Shown: piece after piece, positions 1 through 13,705 of the stretch
Layout: each line of letters begins with the position of its first letter
Numbering within the stretch: position 1 is the stretch's first letter
Assembly: GCF_046119375.1 (NCBI RefSeq)
Contig: NW_027362763.1
Span: forward strand, 416,020,001-416,084,000
DNA length: 64,000 bases
From: Phyllobates terribilis
Lineage: Eukaryota
Direction: 5' to 3'
Program-made: the position numbers and the translations under genes
The notes under the pieces: model-generated
Seen by the model: the letters and a program-made list of their open reading frames with translations, nothing else
Databases searched by the model: none
What the model was told of the DNA's origin: nothing

Positions 1-1752
1 ACATGACCATTCCTGGCTGTAGGTTCAGCAGTGTCAGCCACAGATCTGCCTGCTCTTTCAGAGCTGTCCACAACTCTTCAGCGGTGTTTGGTTTGTCACC
101 TAAGCATATTAGTTTCAGCACAGCCTGTTGCCGCTTGGCCGAGGTAGTGCTGCAGTGCTTCCAGCTTGTGACTGATGTTGTCATTTCAGAGATGGAGGCT
201 GAAGAGGAGGAGGAGGTGCAGGAGCTGTAGAATGTGGTGGCAACCCTGATTGACCCAGGGCCCGCAATCCTCGGCATCGGGAGGACGTGTTCCATCCCAA
301 GGTCCGACTTGGTCCCTGCTTCCGCTATATTAACCCAGTGTGCCGTCATCGAGATGTACCATCCCTGCCTACAGGCACTTGCCCACGTGTCTGTGGTTAG
401 GTGGACTTTCCCAGTAACTGCGTTGTTGAGGGCACGGCTAATTTGTGGGACACATGCTTGTGTAATGCGGGGATAGCTCATCGGGAGAAATAGTGGCGGC
501 TGAGGACCGAGTACCAAGGGATGGCCGTCGCCATCAGGTTGCGGAAAGCTTCTGTCTCCATGAGCCTAAAAGGTAACATTTAGAGCGCAAGCATTCGCAA
601 AATGTGTGAATTTAGTAGTGTGGCCTGTGGAGTGTTGGCTGCATATTTGTGCTTGCGTTCCAAGGACTGGGGTATGGACAACTAAGCGCTGTGCTGGGGC
701 AAGGACGTGGACGTGGTTGCTGATGGTGCTAGATGAGAGTGTGCAAGGACAGGTGCAGGGAGGGAGGCATCCTCGCATGCACCATGGACAGGGGATTGGC
801 GTGACACCTAATTGGTGTGTACGCACAACAGCAGAAGAAGCAGTGGTGTCACCCGCAGACACTGTTTCTGGACCCTAGTGTTCGGCCCACCTAGTCGAGT
901 GTTTTGCTGTAATTTGCCTGATCATGCTAGTGGTGGTCAGGCTGCTAATTTTGCTACCCCTGCTGATGCTAACCTGGCATATGGTGCAAATGGCCTTTTT
1001 GGGGTTATCTGCAGAGTCTTAAAAAAACAACCGGACTTGGGAAGACCTAACAGTTGTACTGGCAACTTCCGTCGTGTTGGTGTTCCGGGCAGCGGATGCC
1101 CGCCTTGTGTCTGCAGTCACCACACTGCTTGTTCCTGCCTGTTGTGGTGCTACTCCTCCTTCCCCCTGTGTGCTGCTGTCCTCGCTCTGCATGTCCCCCT
1201 GCCAGGTTGGGTCAGTAACTTCATCATCCACCACCTCGTCTTCCACTTCCGCACCCTGATCCTCCTCCTGACTTTCTGGCAATTGTGTCTCATCATCATC
1301 CTCCACCTCTTGCGACAGTGATTGCACTTTCCCACCATCGTCTTCATGTGATCGTAGCTGCTCAAATATTTGGGCATCGCTACATGCATTCTCCTCTTGC
1401 CCCGCTTGAAGCTGGCCGGGCACTCGGCATGGTGGGAGGAGGGAGGATCAGGATGAGGAATATGCGGTCCAGACTCACGGCTACTGAGACTTGACCGTGT
1501 GGATGACAGTGTGGTGGTGGTAGTGGCAAAGTGGCTGGAACCATTATCTGCTATCCAACCAACAACCTTTTGACACTGCTCTGGGTTCAATAGTGGTGTG
1601 CTGCGGACTCCTGGCAATTGGGACAGGAAGGTCAGGCGACAAGATGTGGGTGTTTGTTGTGGCACAATTTCAGCTTGCCCACGGCCTCGGCCTCTGAATA
1701 CACTATCACCATCACGTCCACTTCCCCGTCTGTTGCCACGCGCCTTGGCCAT
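1..1752 (-). pseudogene. hAT transposase pseudogene, N-terminal part (copy 1)
   Basis: ATG at 1752 is homologous to those of copies 2 and 3. A BED zinc-finger remnant (LFF..KKAICTIC..SRG..TTTSMIR..KH) lies at about 890-1040 across a frameshift. Multiple stops. Confidence 0.85.
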
Positions 1753-2654
1753 TTTAAATGGAGGACAATATTTTCCACATTCACTACAAATGACTGGATT
1801 TGTAGCGCAGTTATATGTGATACTTCTGATGGACATCCATGGTTTTAAATAGCAGCCCTGTAGTTTACTATTCTTCACAGCGATCACGTGTGAATAGCTT
1901 CACTGACACACTGATGCAAAACTCTAAATGGGGGACAATATTTTCCACGTTCAGTACAAATTTGTGGATTTTAATCGCTGTAAAATGGGATCACGTCTGA
2001 TGATAGAAAAGATCTGGCTGTATTCTGCAGTGCTAACAAGCAAATGGAGCACTAAAATGGTGTACTCTGGATTGCTTTTTAAGCAAATAATCAGGATTAA
2101 GATAAAAAAAATTAGCCCTGGCCCCTGATATCTGGGGCTATGTCTACGGATATCTGTAACAGCAGCAGCAGATAGAACGTGCAATGGACCCTCTTGTGCT
2201 GTATACACTGCCACAAACCCTGCCTGCCTGCCTAACTCCTTCTATCACCACTGAATATATACAACTGGATTAGTCCTCAGAAGGACTGTTAGTTCAGATG
2301 GATATATAGATATGCTGTGAAATACTTATACTAACTAAAAAACAAGCAAAAAGCTCTCCCTACTCTGCCTGTTTTCAGGTTACACTGTGACGAGCATAGG
2401 GGCACCAGGTCTTATATAGACCCGATGACGCTATGCGGTAAACTAATCACTGTAATTCCACATCCAACATGGCTACGGCATTACAGTGCATGGCAGGCAA
2501 TCCCTGCATGTTCATTAGCTCTCTAAAGAGCGCCAAACATGGAGGGCGGGGACCAGAGCTCCCGCCGAGCAACCCCAGAAATGCTCACCGAGTGCTGAGC
2601 ACTGTGATGCTCGGGCGAGTACCGAGTAGTGGCAAGCAGGCTCGCTGATCACTA
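1..2654 (-). mobile_element. hAT DNA transposon, copy 1 (decayed; 3' part lies outside the window)
   Basis: Terminus TAGTGATCAGCGAG (reverse complement, ending at 2654) matches the termini of copies 2 and 3. The sequence is colinear with 8050-10523. Confidence 0.9.
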
Positions 2655-3195
2655 CTAATGGCGCATCCAACAATCCACAGTGGCCTATTGCTTACAAACA
2701 TATATTTTTAAAAATAAGCATGGTTTCATAGTGTGCACATTTTGATTGTATAAGTCCACTCAAGGTTGGACTGGCCCACCACAGAACAGAGAATCCTTAA
2801 ATGATCCCTGGCCTCTCATTCATGGGTGTTCATAGGTACAGACCTCGTGGCCGCTATGGGTCACTGAGTTACAGAGAACCTGGTGCCTAGTGGCAGGCCG
2901 GTGATGTTGCTGCCTTCCGGATTTCAACAGTATCTGCATTCTAAGGATGAGGAGAGGTTCGATGGCTCCCTCAGACCGCCATTCAGCCTGTGCGTTTGAG
3001 ACTGGATGTGGCAAGTGCAATGACGTCACTTGATCACGCCTGCAGCTCTGAGCCACAGATCACATGCTGCAGAGATCAAAGCATCGTGCCGAAGAGTACA
3101 GCAAAGTGAGTAGTTTTTTTATCATTATTCTATCAGTCAGTACTTGTGGGGACTCCATACTATATGTAACAAAACTGTGGGGCTCCCATAGTGTA

Positions 3196-4370
3196 CAGGT
3201 GTATCTCACTAAATTAGAATATAATCAAAAAGTTAACTTATTTCAGTTCTTCAATACAAAAAGTGAAACTCATATATTATATAGAGTCATTACAAACAGA
3301 GTGATCTATTTCAAGTGTTTATTTCTGTTAATGTTAATGATTTTATCTTTCAGCGAATGAAAGCACAAAAGTCATTATCTTAGTAAATTAAAATAATTAA
3401 CAAAAAACACCTGCAAAATCTTTCTAAGCATTTAAAAAGGTCCCTTAGTCTGTTTCAGTAGGCTCCTCAATCATGGGGAAGACTGCTGACTTGACAGATG
3501 TCCAGAAGGCAGTCATTGACATACTCCACAGGGTCCAAGAGTTCCAATGTTCATTTGGAAATCAAGGTTCCAGAGTCTGGAGGAAGAGTAGAGAGGCACA
3601 CAATCCCAGCTGCTTGAGGTCTAGTGTGAAGTTTCCACAATCAGTGATGGTTTGGGGAGCCATGTCATCTGCTGGTGTAGGTCCACTGTGTTTTATCAAG
3701 ACCAAAGTCAGCGCAGCCGTCTACCAGGAAATTTTAGAGCACTTCATGATTCCCTCTGCCGACAAGCTTTTTGGAGATGGAAATTTCATTCTCCAGCAGG
3801 ACTTGGCCCCTGTCCACACTGCCAAAAGTACCAATACCTGGTTTAAAAACAACAGTATCACTGTGCTTGATTGGCCAGCAAACTCGCCTGACCTTAACCC
3901 CATAGAGAATCTATGGGGTATTGTCAAGAGGAAGATGAGAGACACCAGACCCAACAATGCAGACGAGCTGAAGGCTGCTATCAAAGCAACCTAGGCTTCC
4001 ATAACACCTCAGCAGTGCCACAGGCTAATCGCCTCCATGTCACGCCACATTGATGCAGTAATTGATGCAAAAGGAGCCCCGACCAAGTATTAAGTGCATT
4101 TATTGAACATACATTTCAGTAGGCCAACATTTCGTATTTTAAAAACATTTTCCAAGCTGTTGTTATAAAGTATTCTAATTTATAGAGATAATGACTTTTG
4201 TGTTTTCATTGGCTGTAAGCCATAATCATCAACATTAACAGAAATAAACACTTGAAATAGATCACTCTGTTTGTAATGACTGTATATAATATATGAGTTT
4301 CACTTTTTGTATTGAAGAACTGAATTCAATTTACTTTTTGATGATATTCTAATCTAGTGAGATGCACCTG
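3196..4370 (+). mobile_element. Tc1/mariner element, internally deleted
   Basis: TA-flanked long TIRs: CAGGTGTATCTCACTAAATTAGAAT at 3196 and ...TCTAGTGAGATGCACCTG ending at 4370. Transposase remnant inside. Confidence 0.92.
3473..3994 (+). pseudogene. Tc1 transposase remnant (first ~20 aa fused in frame to the partial catalytic domain)
   Basis: Motifs VMVWG, QQDLAPVH and WPANSPDLNPIENLW are present. The DNA-binding domain and the first catalytic Asp motif (FSDE) are absent, and there is a premature TAG. Confidence 0.88.
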
Positions 4371-5639
4371 TATATAGGGGATCTGTGGGGCCTACATACT
4401 GCATGTAAGGGAGCTGTTGGGGGCATCATACTGTATATAGGGGCTGTGGTGTCACTCAACAGCACAGTATGGTGGTGTGGAAGCTATCATACTGTATATA
4501 AAGGGCTGTGGTGCCTCCATGCTGCCTATAGAGGTGCCGTGGGGTTCATCATACTGTATTTAGTGAAGTTGCAGGGCTTCCATACTGCATATAGGGGTTG
4601 GGTGGGGGACACCATAGTGTATATAGAGGGCTTTGATGCTTCCATACTACATATTGGGGTGCTGTAGGGACCATAATATTGTATATCGGGGAGCTGTGGT
4701 GACCATTATACTGTATATAGGGAGCTACAGATAGTGAGGTGTGGGGACACTATACTATATATTTGGAGCTGTGGAGACAGCATACTGTATATAAGGAGCT
4801 GTGGGGACATCACTCTGTATATAGAAAACTGTTAGCACCTTCATACTATATACATTGAGCTGTGAGGACATCATAGGAAAATATATGTAGGAAAACTGTG
4901 GGTACCATCATACTGTGTATAGGAGGGCTTTGGGGATATCATTAGTGAGGAGCAAGCACTAAAATGCTCGGGTACTCGTTGCTCGGGTCGAGCAAATTGG
5001 AATGCTCGAGTGCTCGGTCCGACTAACGAGCCCAATGTAAGTCTATGGGAAACTTGAGCATTTCTCCGGCGGCCCTCCCCGGCGGTCTGCAGGGGGCCTA
5101 AAAATTGGCCAAATCAATGGGAACAGTGCTCAAATGACATGGGAACAGCATGGGGAAGATCCCTGGAAGCATCTCTGACTCCCAGGTCACTGCTGTCAAC
5201 AACGTTGCCAGAGGTATTACACCACTTTTACAGACTCAAAATGAAGCATACAAAAACAAAAACAAAATGGATTTTCCTGGGAAATATGTTAAGGAACATC
5301 CTTTCCAGGGTAATGACTTGTATATAAGGCAAAATAAATATACAAAAACAAAAATGCTCCTCCATACCTTAGGCTATGCTCACGCGTAGCGTTTTTGATG
5401 CGTTTTTCCACTTTTGCATTGCTTTCAACGGTGAAAAATACATTCACTGGTAAATGTCATTTTAACATTTTACTACCTTATCTGGCCATGTTGTGTGTGA
5501 GACATCATCAGACACATCCTATTTCATTTATGATGGAGGGACTCTGAAAGTCACAAAGCCTATTTTTATAGGGCCATCAGGCGGCCCTTACTATTCTTAA
5601 AGGTCCAGCAGTCGGCTATGCTTTGTTGTTCCCATTATT

Positions 5640-6400
5640 AAAGAGTATGTCTCCTATACTGATATTGGGTATGCAGTAACTGCAAGGACTGCCAAAAACT
5701 TGGACGCACCCCAAAACCACTTTGAAGAGACATAGAGGAGGGCCTAAGAAAAAAAAAATGACCCATTATAAAGGAGTGGGTCTCCTATAGTGGTAAATGC
5801 CCATGCAGTGACTGCAAGGCCTGCCAAAATTTGGGAGAACCCCCAATAACAATTTAAAGACACATAAAGGTGGGCCTCAGTAACGACATGTTCCTAATAG
5901 AAAGTAGGGGGTCTGCTATCCAGTTATAGGGTATGCTGTCAGTCCAACGGCTGCCAAAATTTAGGAAAAACCCCAATACCAATTTAAAGGCACATAGAGC
6001 TGGGCCACAGTAACGACATGTTCCCATTATAAAGGAGCAGTTCTGTTATACAGTTATAGGGTATGCAGTGATTGCAACAGCTGCCAAAAATTTGAAGGAA
6101 CTCCAATGCCCCTTGCAAGAGATGTAGAGGTCAGAGGGCCTCCTGAAAACAATGTTCCCATTGTTAGCTACTGGGTCTCCCATACTGTTTGCCTATGCAG
6201 CGAATTCAACGGCTGCCAAAAATTTGGAGGAAATCCAATGCCCCTTGCAAGAGATGTGGAGGACGGAGGGCCTCCTGAGAACAATGTTCTCATTATTAGG
6301 AAGAGGTTCTCCCATACTGTTTGTCTATGCAGTGAATGCAACGGTTGCCAAAAATTTGGAGGAACTCCGATGCCCCTTGCAAGAGACGTAGATATGGTGA
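5640..6400. repeat. Subterminal ~130-bp tandem repeats of hAT copy 2
   Basis: taacgacatgttcc recurs at 5881 and 6011 (130 bp apart). atgccccttgcaagaga recurs at 6106 and 6238 (132 bp apart). Confidence 0.8.
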
Positions 6401-6567
6401 TATGGTAGATATGCTGATGATATGGTGGCGGAAGATGAGGATGAGGAGAAGGAGGAGGACAGGAGCAAATAGACAAAATCAGGAAGCATATACCCATGTT
6501 TGGGTGTGAAGACAGAGGTGCATGGGAATAGAGTTAGACCTCCCAAAAAAAGACACTGTATTTGAGT

Positions 6568-9500
6568 TTATGTTACACTGCTATAATTTGGTGGTGTTGA
6601 GAAGTCTGTCCCAATGCAGCCCTTGTTCATTTTAATAAGAGTCAGCCTGTCAGCATTTTCAGTTGACAGGCGGATGCGCCTATTAGTTATAATTCCACCA
6701 GCGGCACTAAAAACCCGCTCTGACAAAACGCTAGCGGAAGGGCAGGCCAGGACCTCCAAGGCGTAGAGAGCCAGTTCATGTCACGTGTCCAGCTGGATAC
6801 CCAATAATTATAAGGCACAGAGGAATCATGGAGGACGTTGGTATGGTCAGCAAGGTACTCCCTCAGCATCTTCCAAAACTTTTCACTTCTTGTGAGAGTA
6901 CCCCTCTCATCAGGGCCTGTGCGATGGGAGGGTCTGAGAAAACTGTCCCAGAACTTTGACAGTGTTCCCCTGCCTCTGAAGATTGCATTTGTGTCTCTCT
7001 CGCCTGTACTCCTTGGTTGTCCAACGAACTGTGACCTCTGCCGTTTTCAGATGGGAATTTTTTTAATAATTCCATAACAAGGGCATTCTGGTACTGCCCC
7101 ATTTTATGAGGCCTGTCTGGCATGGGAAAAAGAGACAGAAAGTTCTCCTTGTAGTGTGGGTCTAGAAGTGTCACCAACCAGTAATGACTGTCACCCAAAA
7201 TTTGGACAACGCGAGGGTCACGGGAAAAGCAGCATAACATAAACTCAGCCATGTGTGCCAGACTGCTAACAGCAAGACTTCCATGTCCTCACCAAGAGGA
7301 AGACTGACCATGTTCTCCTCCTCCCTGTCTTCAGGCCATCCACGCTGAACTGACGGTATGACAGTTGTGCAGGTGATACTGTCTATAGCGCAGGAAACTA
7401 GATCTTGTTCTTCCTCCTCCTCCTTCTCTTCCTTTTTGTCACCCAATCCATGTTGGGATGAGATGAGGCTGGGCTGTGTGGAATCACCCTGTATGGTTCC
7501 TTGCTCCGTCTCATCGTGCTCTGCCTGCAATGCATCTTCTTTAATTGTGAGCAGAGAGCATTTCAGAAGACAGAGAAGCGGGATGGTGACGCTAATTATG
7601 GCGTCATTGCCGCTCACCATCTTGGTTGACTTCTCAAAGTTTTGGAGGATGGTACATATGTCTGATATCCATGTCCGCTCCTGAGGTTTTATGTGTGGAG
7701 TCTGACCTGAATACCGACGGCTGGTAGTCAACAACTGCCCTATTCTGCTCACAAATCCTTCCCAACATCTGCAATGTAGAGTTCCAAGCTGTGGGGACAT
7801 CACACACCAGTCGGTGAGCTGGAAGCTGCAAATGCTGCTGAAGCACGGCAAGGGCGGCGGATCCTGTAGTTGACTTTCTAAAATGGGCACACATGCGGCG
7901 TACTTTGACAAGCAGATCAGGGTAGGTTTTGAGAAACCGCTGTACCACAAGGTTAAGCACATGGGCCAGGCATGGTACGTGTGTGAGCTCTCATCGCCTC
8001 AGAGCTGCCACCAGGTTCCATTGTCACACACAACCATGCCTGGCTGTAGGGTCAGTGGTGTCAGCCACAGATCTCTTTCAGAGCTGTCCACAACTCTTCA
8101 GCATTGTGGGGTTTGTTGCCTAAGCATATTAGCTTCAGCACAGCCTGTTGCCGCTTGGCCGAGGGAGTGCTGCAGTGCTTCCAGCTTGTGACAGATGTGG
8201 TCATTTCAGAGATGGAGGCTAAAGAGGAGGAGGAGGTGCAGGAGTTTTAGAATGTGGGGGGCAACCCTGATTGACCCAGGGCTCGCAATCCTCGGTGTCG
8301 GGAGGACGTGTTCCGTCCCAAGGTCCGACTAGGTCCGGCTTCCACTATATAAACCCAGTGTGCCGTCAGCGAGATGCACCGTCCCTTCCCACAAGCACTT
8401 GTCCATGTGTCTGCGGTTAGGTGGACTTTCCCAGTAACTGCGTTGTTGAGGGCATAGCTAATGTTATGGGACACGTGCTCGTGTAATGCGGGGACGGCAC
8501 ACCGGGAGTAATAGTGGCGGCGGATGGGGACCGAGTACCGAGGGACGGCCTCCGCCATCAGATTGCGGAAAGCTTCCATCTCCACGAGCCTAAAAGGCAA
8601 AATTTTGAACGCAAGCATTCGCGAAATGTATGAATTTAGTAGGGTGGCCTGTGGGGCTTTGGCTGCGTATTTGCACTTGCGTTCCAAGGACTGGGGTAGG
8701 GACAACTGAACGCTGCGCTGGGACAAGGACGTGGGCGTGCCTGCTGATGGTGCTAGTTGAGAGTGTGCAATGACACGTGCAGGGTGGGAGGCATCTTCGC
8801 ATGCTCCATGGACAGGGGATTGGCGTGCACACACAAAAGTGGAAGAAGCAGTGGTGTCAGCCACAGACACTGTTTCTGGATCCTGGGGTTTGGCCCACTT
8901 AGTCGGGTGCTTTGCTGCCATGTGCCTGATCAGGCTGGTGGTGATCAGTCTGCTAGTTTTGCCACCCCTGCTGATGCTGGCCTGGCAGGTGGTGCAAATG
9001 GCCTTTTGGGGTTATCTGCAGAGTCTTTAAAAAACAACCAAACTCGGGAAGACCTAACAGTTGTACTGGCAACTTCCATCGTGCTGGCATTGCGGGAAAG
9101 GCTTTCACACCTTGTGTTTGCGGCCACCACCCTGCTTCTTCCTGCCTGTTGTGGTGCTACACCTCCCTCCCCCTTTCTGCTGCTGTCCTCGCTCTGTATG
9201 TCCCCCTGACAGGTTGGGTCAGTTACTATATCATCCACCACCTCGTCTTCCACTTCTCCACCCTAGTCCTCCTCCTGATTTTCTGGCAATTGTGTCTCAT
9301 CATCATCCACCTCTTGCGACAGTAATTGTTCTTTCCCACCATCGTCTTCTTGTGATCGTGGCTGCTCAAATATTTGGGCATCGCTACACTCGTTCTCCTC
9401 TTGCCCCACTTGAAGCTGGCTGGGCGAAAGGCCCGAATCTATAAATGGAAAAGTAAACAGATCTTTGGAGTGTCCAAGTGTGGGATCAGTTATACCAACA

Positions 9501-9694
9501 ACCTTTTGACACTGCTCTGTGTTCAATAGTGGTGTGCTGCAATCCCCTAGTAATTGGAACAGGAAGGTCGAGCAACAAGATGTGTGTCTTTCCTGTGGCA
9601 CAATTTCAGCTTGCCTACGGCCACGGCCTCGGCCTCTGCATGCACCATCACCATCACATCCACTTCCCCATCCCTTGCCATGCACCTTTCCCAT
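6568..9694 (-). pseudogene. hAT transposase pseudogene (copy 2)
   Basis: Pieces across frames contain a BED finger (VWLFF..C-x2-C..LIRHMAAKH), VHLTADTWTS, CLAHVLNLVVQ, DVPTAWNS and the hATC motif SVLSERVFSAAG. Many stops and frameshifts. Confidence 0.92.
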
Positions 9695-10961
9695 TTTAAA
9701 TGGAGGACAATATTTTCCACGTTCACTAGAAATGGCTGATTTTGGATCGCAGTTTAAATAGCAGGCCTGTAGTTTACTAATACTATTTTTCACAGAGATC
9801 TAGTGTGAATAGCTTGACCGACACACTGCAGCGAAATTAAAATGGAAGCCAGAAATGGCTGATTTTGGAACACAGTTGTATGTGATACGTCTGACAGTGA
9901 ACCACAGTTTTAAATAGCAGGCCTGTAGTTTACTAATACTATTCTTCACAGAGACTTAGTGTGAATAGCTTGACCGACACACTGCAACAAAATTAAAATG
10001 GAAGCCAGAAATGGCTGATTTTGGAACGCTGTTATATATGATACGTCTGACAGAGATTTTTATCGCTGTAATATGGAAAATATCTGGCTGTATTCTGCAG
10101 TGCTAACAAGCAAATGGAGCAGAAAATGGTGTACTCTGGATTGCTTTTTAAGAAAATAACAAGGATTAAGATAAAAAAAAAAATTAGCCCTGGCCCCTTG
10201 TACCTGGGGCTATGTCTACAAATATTTGTCACAGCAGGATCAGTCAGAAGTTGAACATGCAATGGACCCTCTTGTGCTGTATCATCCACTGCAGTCTGTC
10301 ACATACCCTGCCTGCCTTGGTTTTTAAGCAAATAACCAGGATTAGGATAAAGGAAAAAAATTCCCTGGCCCCTGCTACTTGGGGCTATGTCTACAAACAT
10401 GCAGGGCGGAGACCCGAGTTCCTGCCCGAGCAACCCGGAAATACTCGCCGAGCGCCGAGCTTGTTGAGCACTGTGATACTCTGGCGAGTACCGAGTAGTA
10501 GCGAGCATGTTCGCTCATCATTAGATATCATACTATTTTGTTGAGGCATCAAATTTTACTGGGGTCACTCTGGGGTCATCATTCCGTGCTTGTGTGGAGG
10601 AATTCATTGTAAGAGCATTGCATCTTATGTAAGGGAGAAACATTTTGACATCATACATAAAGGGAGTCATGAAAGGGAGTCTTGTAGTGAAAACACTAAA
10701 GGGTTTCTCTGGAGAAATGACTTTGATGATCGGAGAGGGCCCAACATGCAGCACCCCTGCTCATCAGCTGTAATAATTTCTGGCAGCTTCCGGATATAAA
10801 CATTTATGGGGCTACACTGTACAACTCTCTCCATTGCGTTATTTTGCATTATAATTAAAGGGGTTTTCCAGGCCAGGGCTCATTTTTTTCATTACTGTAC
10901 CAGGCCATATCCTAACAGTGATCAGTCATCACATGATTGCTCATATTCGGTTCTCCATTAA

Positions 10962-11152
10962 GGGCGCAGTCAGATGGCCCTATTACACGGACGACAATCG
11001 CATCGCAATGCTCGGACTGGCCAGCAGCTCTCCTGACCCGAGTGTGCCAGCTGCAAACAAAAACATGCTGTCACGCTCATGTCAGGAGAGCCGACAGTCC
11101 GAGCATTGTGAAGCGATCATCGTCCGTGTTATACGGCGGTTTCACTGCTTCC
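10962..11152. mobile_element. Palindromic Harbinger/Tourist-like MITE (~190 bp)
   Basis: Long inverted arms (acacggacga..caatgctcggactg / cagtccgagcattg..tcgtccgtgt), flanked by TAA and TTA. A relative lies at 15429-15627. Confidence 0.75.
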
Positions 11153-12036
11153 TTATATTTAGAGAAGCAGGAAGATTAACTCGTCGACAAGTGACTACAA
11201 GAATGCAAATCGCATATGAGCAATTATGTGATAATAACCAATCGAACCTGCAAGCAGAGCAGAGTCAAGTCCTAACATTATGTGTCTTATGGCAATACCG
11301 CAAGATACAGTGCCAGAAGAAATTTGCACCTGAATTATAATTTTTATTGCAAAACCCAGACGAGCGCTGTTCTGATGACTCAAACCAACAGCATAAACAT
11401 CAAATACGATATACATGTATTAGGCTGGTCTAAAACCGGAATTTTTAGTTTCTACTCAAATGAATGAGTGCTAAATTGTGGAAAACACTAATCAGCACAG
11501 AAAATGTTAAAACTGCTTATTTATTGCTACATGATTACCACCTGTGAGCAATATTGCAAATGTGACTGCAATCTATGGAGAACGCCGGATATACTGTAGG
11601 TCTTTATTGTGATTTTATGGGTATCTCCTAAGTAATACAATTCAGATGTAGCAATCATCACCATGTTGGGCAACACGTTTTGTTGATAGCATAACTCACC
11701 GGTTCACATTATGCTTTATGTTTATTTTCAATTTAACACCTGATACGTGCTGCCCAATCCGAGGTCAGTATGTATCAGGCACTGACTGTACGATCTCAGC
11801 CAGGTATGTTGGACTCTGAAACGCTGCGATGTTTCACAGAAAAACGTAATAGCCGCCAGGGTCCGCACTTTGCGGCAGACTAGTCAATCAGGAGGGTCTC
11901 CAGCAGTTTCTCAGTTTCAGATTTATGCGCACATAGGCAGAGACCTGTCGATCCAGGGCAGCGGGTGGGGAGAAACTGCCCGGGACCTGCCTGCTCTACT
12001 AATCTCCAGCGCTGCTTGGTTCCCGGTGGCTATTAA

Positions 12037-12486
12037 AGAAGCACTCCTCCCATCAAAGCTATTATCCTCGTAAAATATTGCAATCATCATATTATATAGC
12101 ACTGTGCACTTACAATTGCTCATTTTGCCTTTCTACCCAGCTAATTCTTCTCTTTTCCATTAGATCTATGACATCACCTGATTAAAAACAGACTAGCGGA
12201 ATCCCTCTTAGCTCTATGTAGAAACAGGAGGTCAATTTTCTCTGCACAAGTCATGAGTAACTGCAAAAGTCTATGGCAGGGGGGAGAAGTGGAACAGCTG
12301 GGTCAGGAGTTGAAGAGGGGAATGATTTCTGCAGGAACAAGATGCTTCCTGTTTCTACATAAAGCAGAGGAAAGAGAATAAAAACTGGGTAGAAAGGCAT
12401 AATGAGCAATTGTAAGTCCACAGTGCTATATAATATGATGACTATAATATATTAAGAGGATAAAAACTGTGGTGGAAGCACATTTA
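12037..12486. mobile_element. T2/Kolobok-type MITE with ~150-bp inverted arms; right tip degenerate
   Basis: Begins TTAA-AGAAGCACTCC. The arm tatattatatagcactgtg..cattttgcctttctacccag is mirrored at 12385-12450. Confidence 0.75.
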
Positions 12487-12489
12487 CTC

Positions 12490-12890
12490 AGGCGAAACGC
12501 GCGTTGAGGCGTTCTACTCCATGGGTTTATTGCACTCAGCACTTAAGCTTTGTGTCCCACCTCCTCTGATAAGGTTCCTTTTTTCTATTTATATACACGT
12601 GGACTGTGGACCTTACATGAGACTATGGACATTTCCTGGTCCTGGTTATAATGCATGATTGATTGCTCCCTGGCCACTTTTTCCAGATTATGATGGTTAC
12701 CTTACCTTAGGAGTCCCCGCCCCGCAAGTTACAAATATGATGCGGGTGTGTGGGGGTTCAAAAGCTGTTTTGTGCTGCTACCACTCAACTCCCCTTTTTA
12801 CCCCCATTTGTGTCAATGCTATGACTTGATTACCAATTTTGATATTTATGTATTCAATAAAGATTGTCTTTTATCTAAGCTACTCCTGAC
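12490..12890 (+). mobile_element. Possible Penelope-like element 3' remnant
   Basis: Starts with CGAAACGCGCGTT and ends shortly after AATAAA (~12857), resembling PLE tails. No ORF; assignment by recalled motif only. Confidence 0.35.
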
Positions 12891-13009
12891 TTTCTCCTTG
12901 GTTTACCATTTGTAAAATGTTGTTTTATTTTGTTAGCATTTTAGAAGGTTTAAAAATGTAGCAGTAATTTTTCATTTTTTCAAGGAAATTTTCAAAACTT
13001 CTTTTGATT

Positions 13010-13216
13010 TATATTACTCACTTATATAGCGCCATTAATTCCACAGCGCTTTACAGACATTATTATCACTGTCCCCATTAGGGCTCACAATATAAATTCC
13101 CTATCAGTATGTCTTTGGAGTGTGGGAGGAAACCAACGCAAACATGGGGAGAACGTACAAACTCCTTGCAGATGTTGTCCTTGGTGGGATTTGAACCCAG
13201 GACCCCAGTGCTGCAG
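13010..13216 (-). mobile_element. V-SINE (tRNA-derived), 5'-truncated
   Basis: B-box GGTTCAAATCC (13187-13197 on the minus strand), V-domain-like core (ttcctcccacactccaaagacat) and an L2-type GCGCTATATAA tail. Confidence 0.8.
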
Positions 13217-13705
13217 GGAATAGGAATCTATTCAGTTTTGAAGTGACCTTGAGGGTCCTATATATTGGAAACCACCCAAAAGTGATACCATTTTAAAAAC
13301 TGCACCCCTCAACGTAATCAAAATTGCTTTCAGGTAGTTCATTAACTCTTCAGGTACTTTTCAGCAATTAATGCAAAGTGGCTGGACAGGAAAGAAAAAG
13401 TTTATTTTTACCACTTAAATTTTGATAACTTCTGAGCATAGCTGGCAGACTCTAAGGCCGTTATTTGGCCAAACATCAGGACCACACGATCAAGATCTCA
13501 GGGTGCCAGTTAGGTTAAAGACGGAGCCCCCACACTCTGTTAACTATTTAGATGCTGTAGTCACTATTGACAGCACCAATAAACGGCCATGATCGGTGCC
13601 AACACTGATCCTGACTGATGCAACAAGTTGTCAGCTATAGTGTACAGCTGACTACAGGATTGTCACCTGTCAGGGGATGCTAGTCTTTTATATTGCAGGT
13701 CAGTA

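Larger units (their letters stand above)
3140..4942. repeat. Degenerate ~32-33 bp minisatellite (catactgtatataggg..ctgtgggg core), interrupted by the Tc1 at 3196-4370 and by hAT copy 2
   Basis: Recurring catcatactgtatat(a/g)ggg units on both sides of the Tc1, running up to the hAT TSD. Confidence 0.8.
4943..10523 (-). mobile_element. hAT DNA transposon, copy 2 (full length, 5581 bp, decayed)
   Basis: Imperfect TIRs TAGTGAGGAGCAAGCA / TAATGATGAGCGAACA. Perfect 8-bp TSD GATATCAT at 4935-4942 and 10524-10531. Confidence 0.95.

Noticed and set aside
11265-11329. Possible terminal exon (GANFFWHCILRYCHKTHNVRT*) in phase with the 34819-34930 candidate
   Set aside because: The acceptor lacks a pyrimidine tract, and phase agreement is expected by chance one time in three.
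12490-12510. GAAACGCGCGTT, a half hammerhead
   Set aside because: No CUGANGA/UUGANAA core or stem II upstream, so at best a truncated relic.
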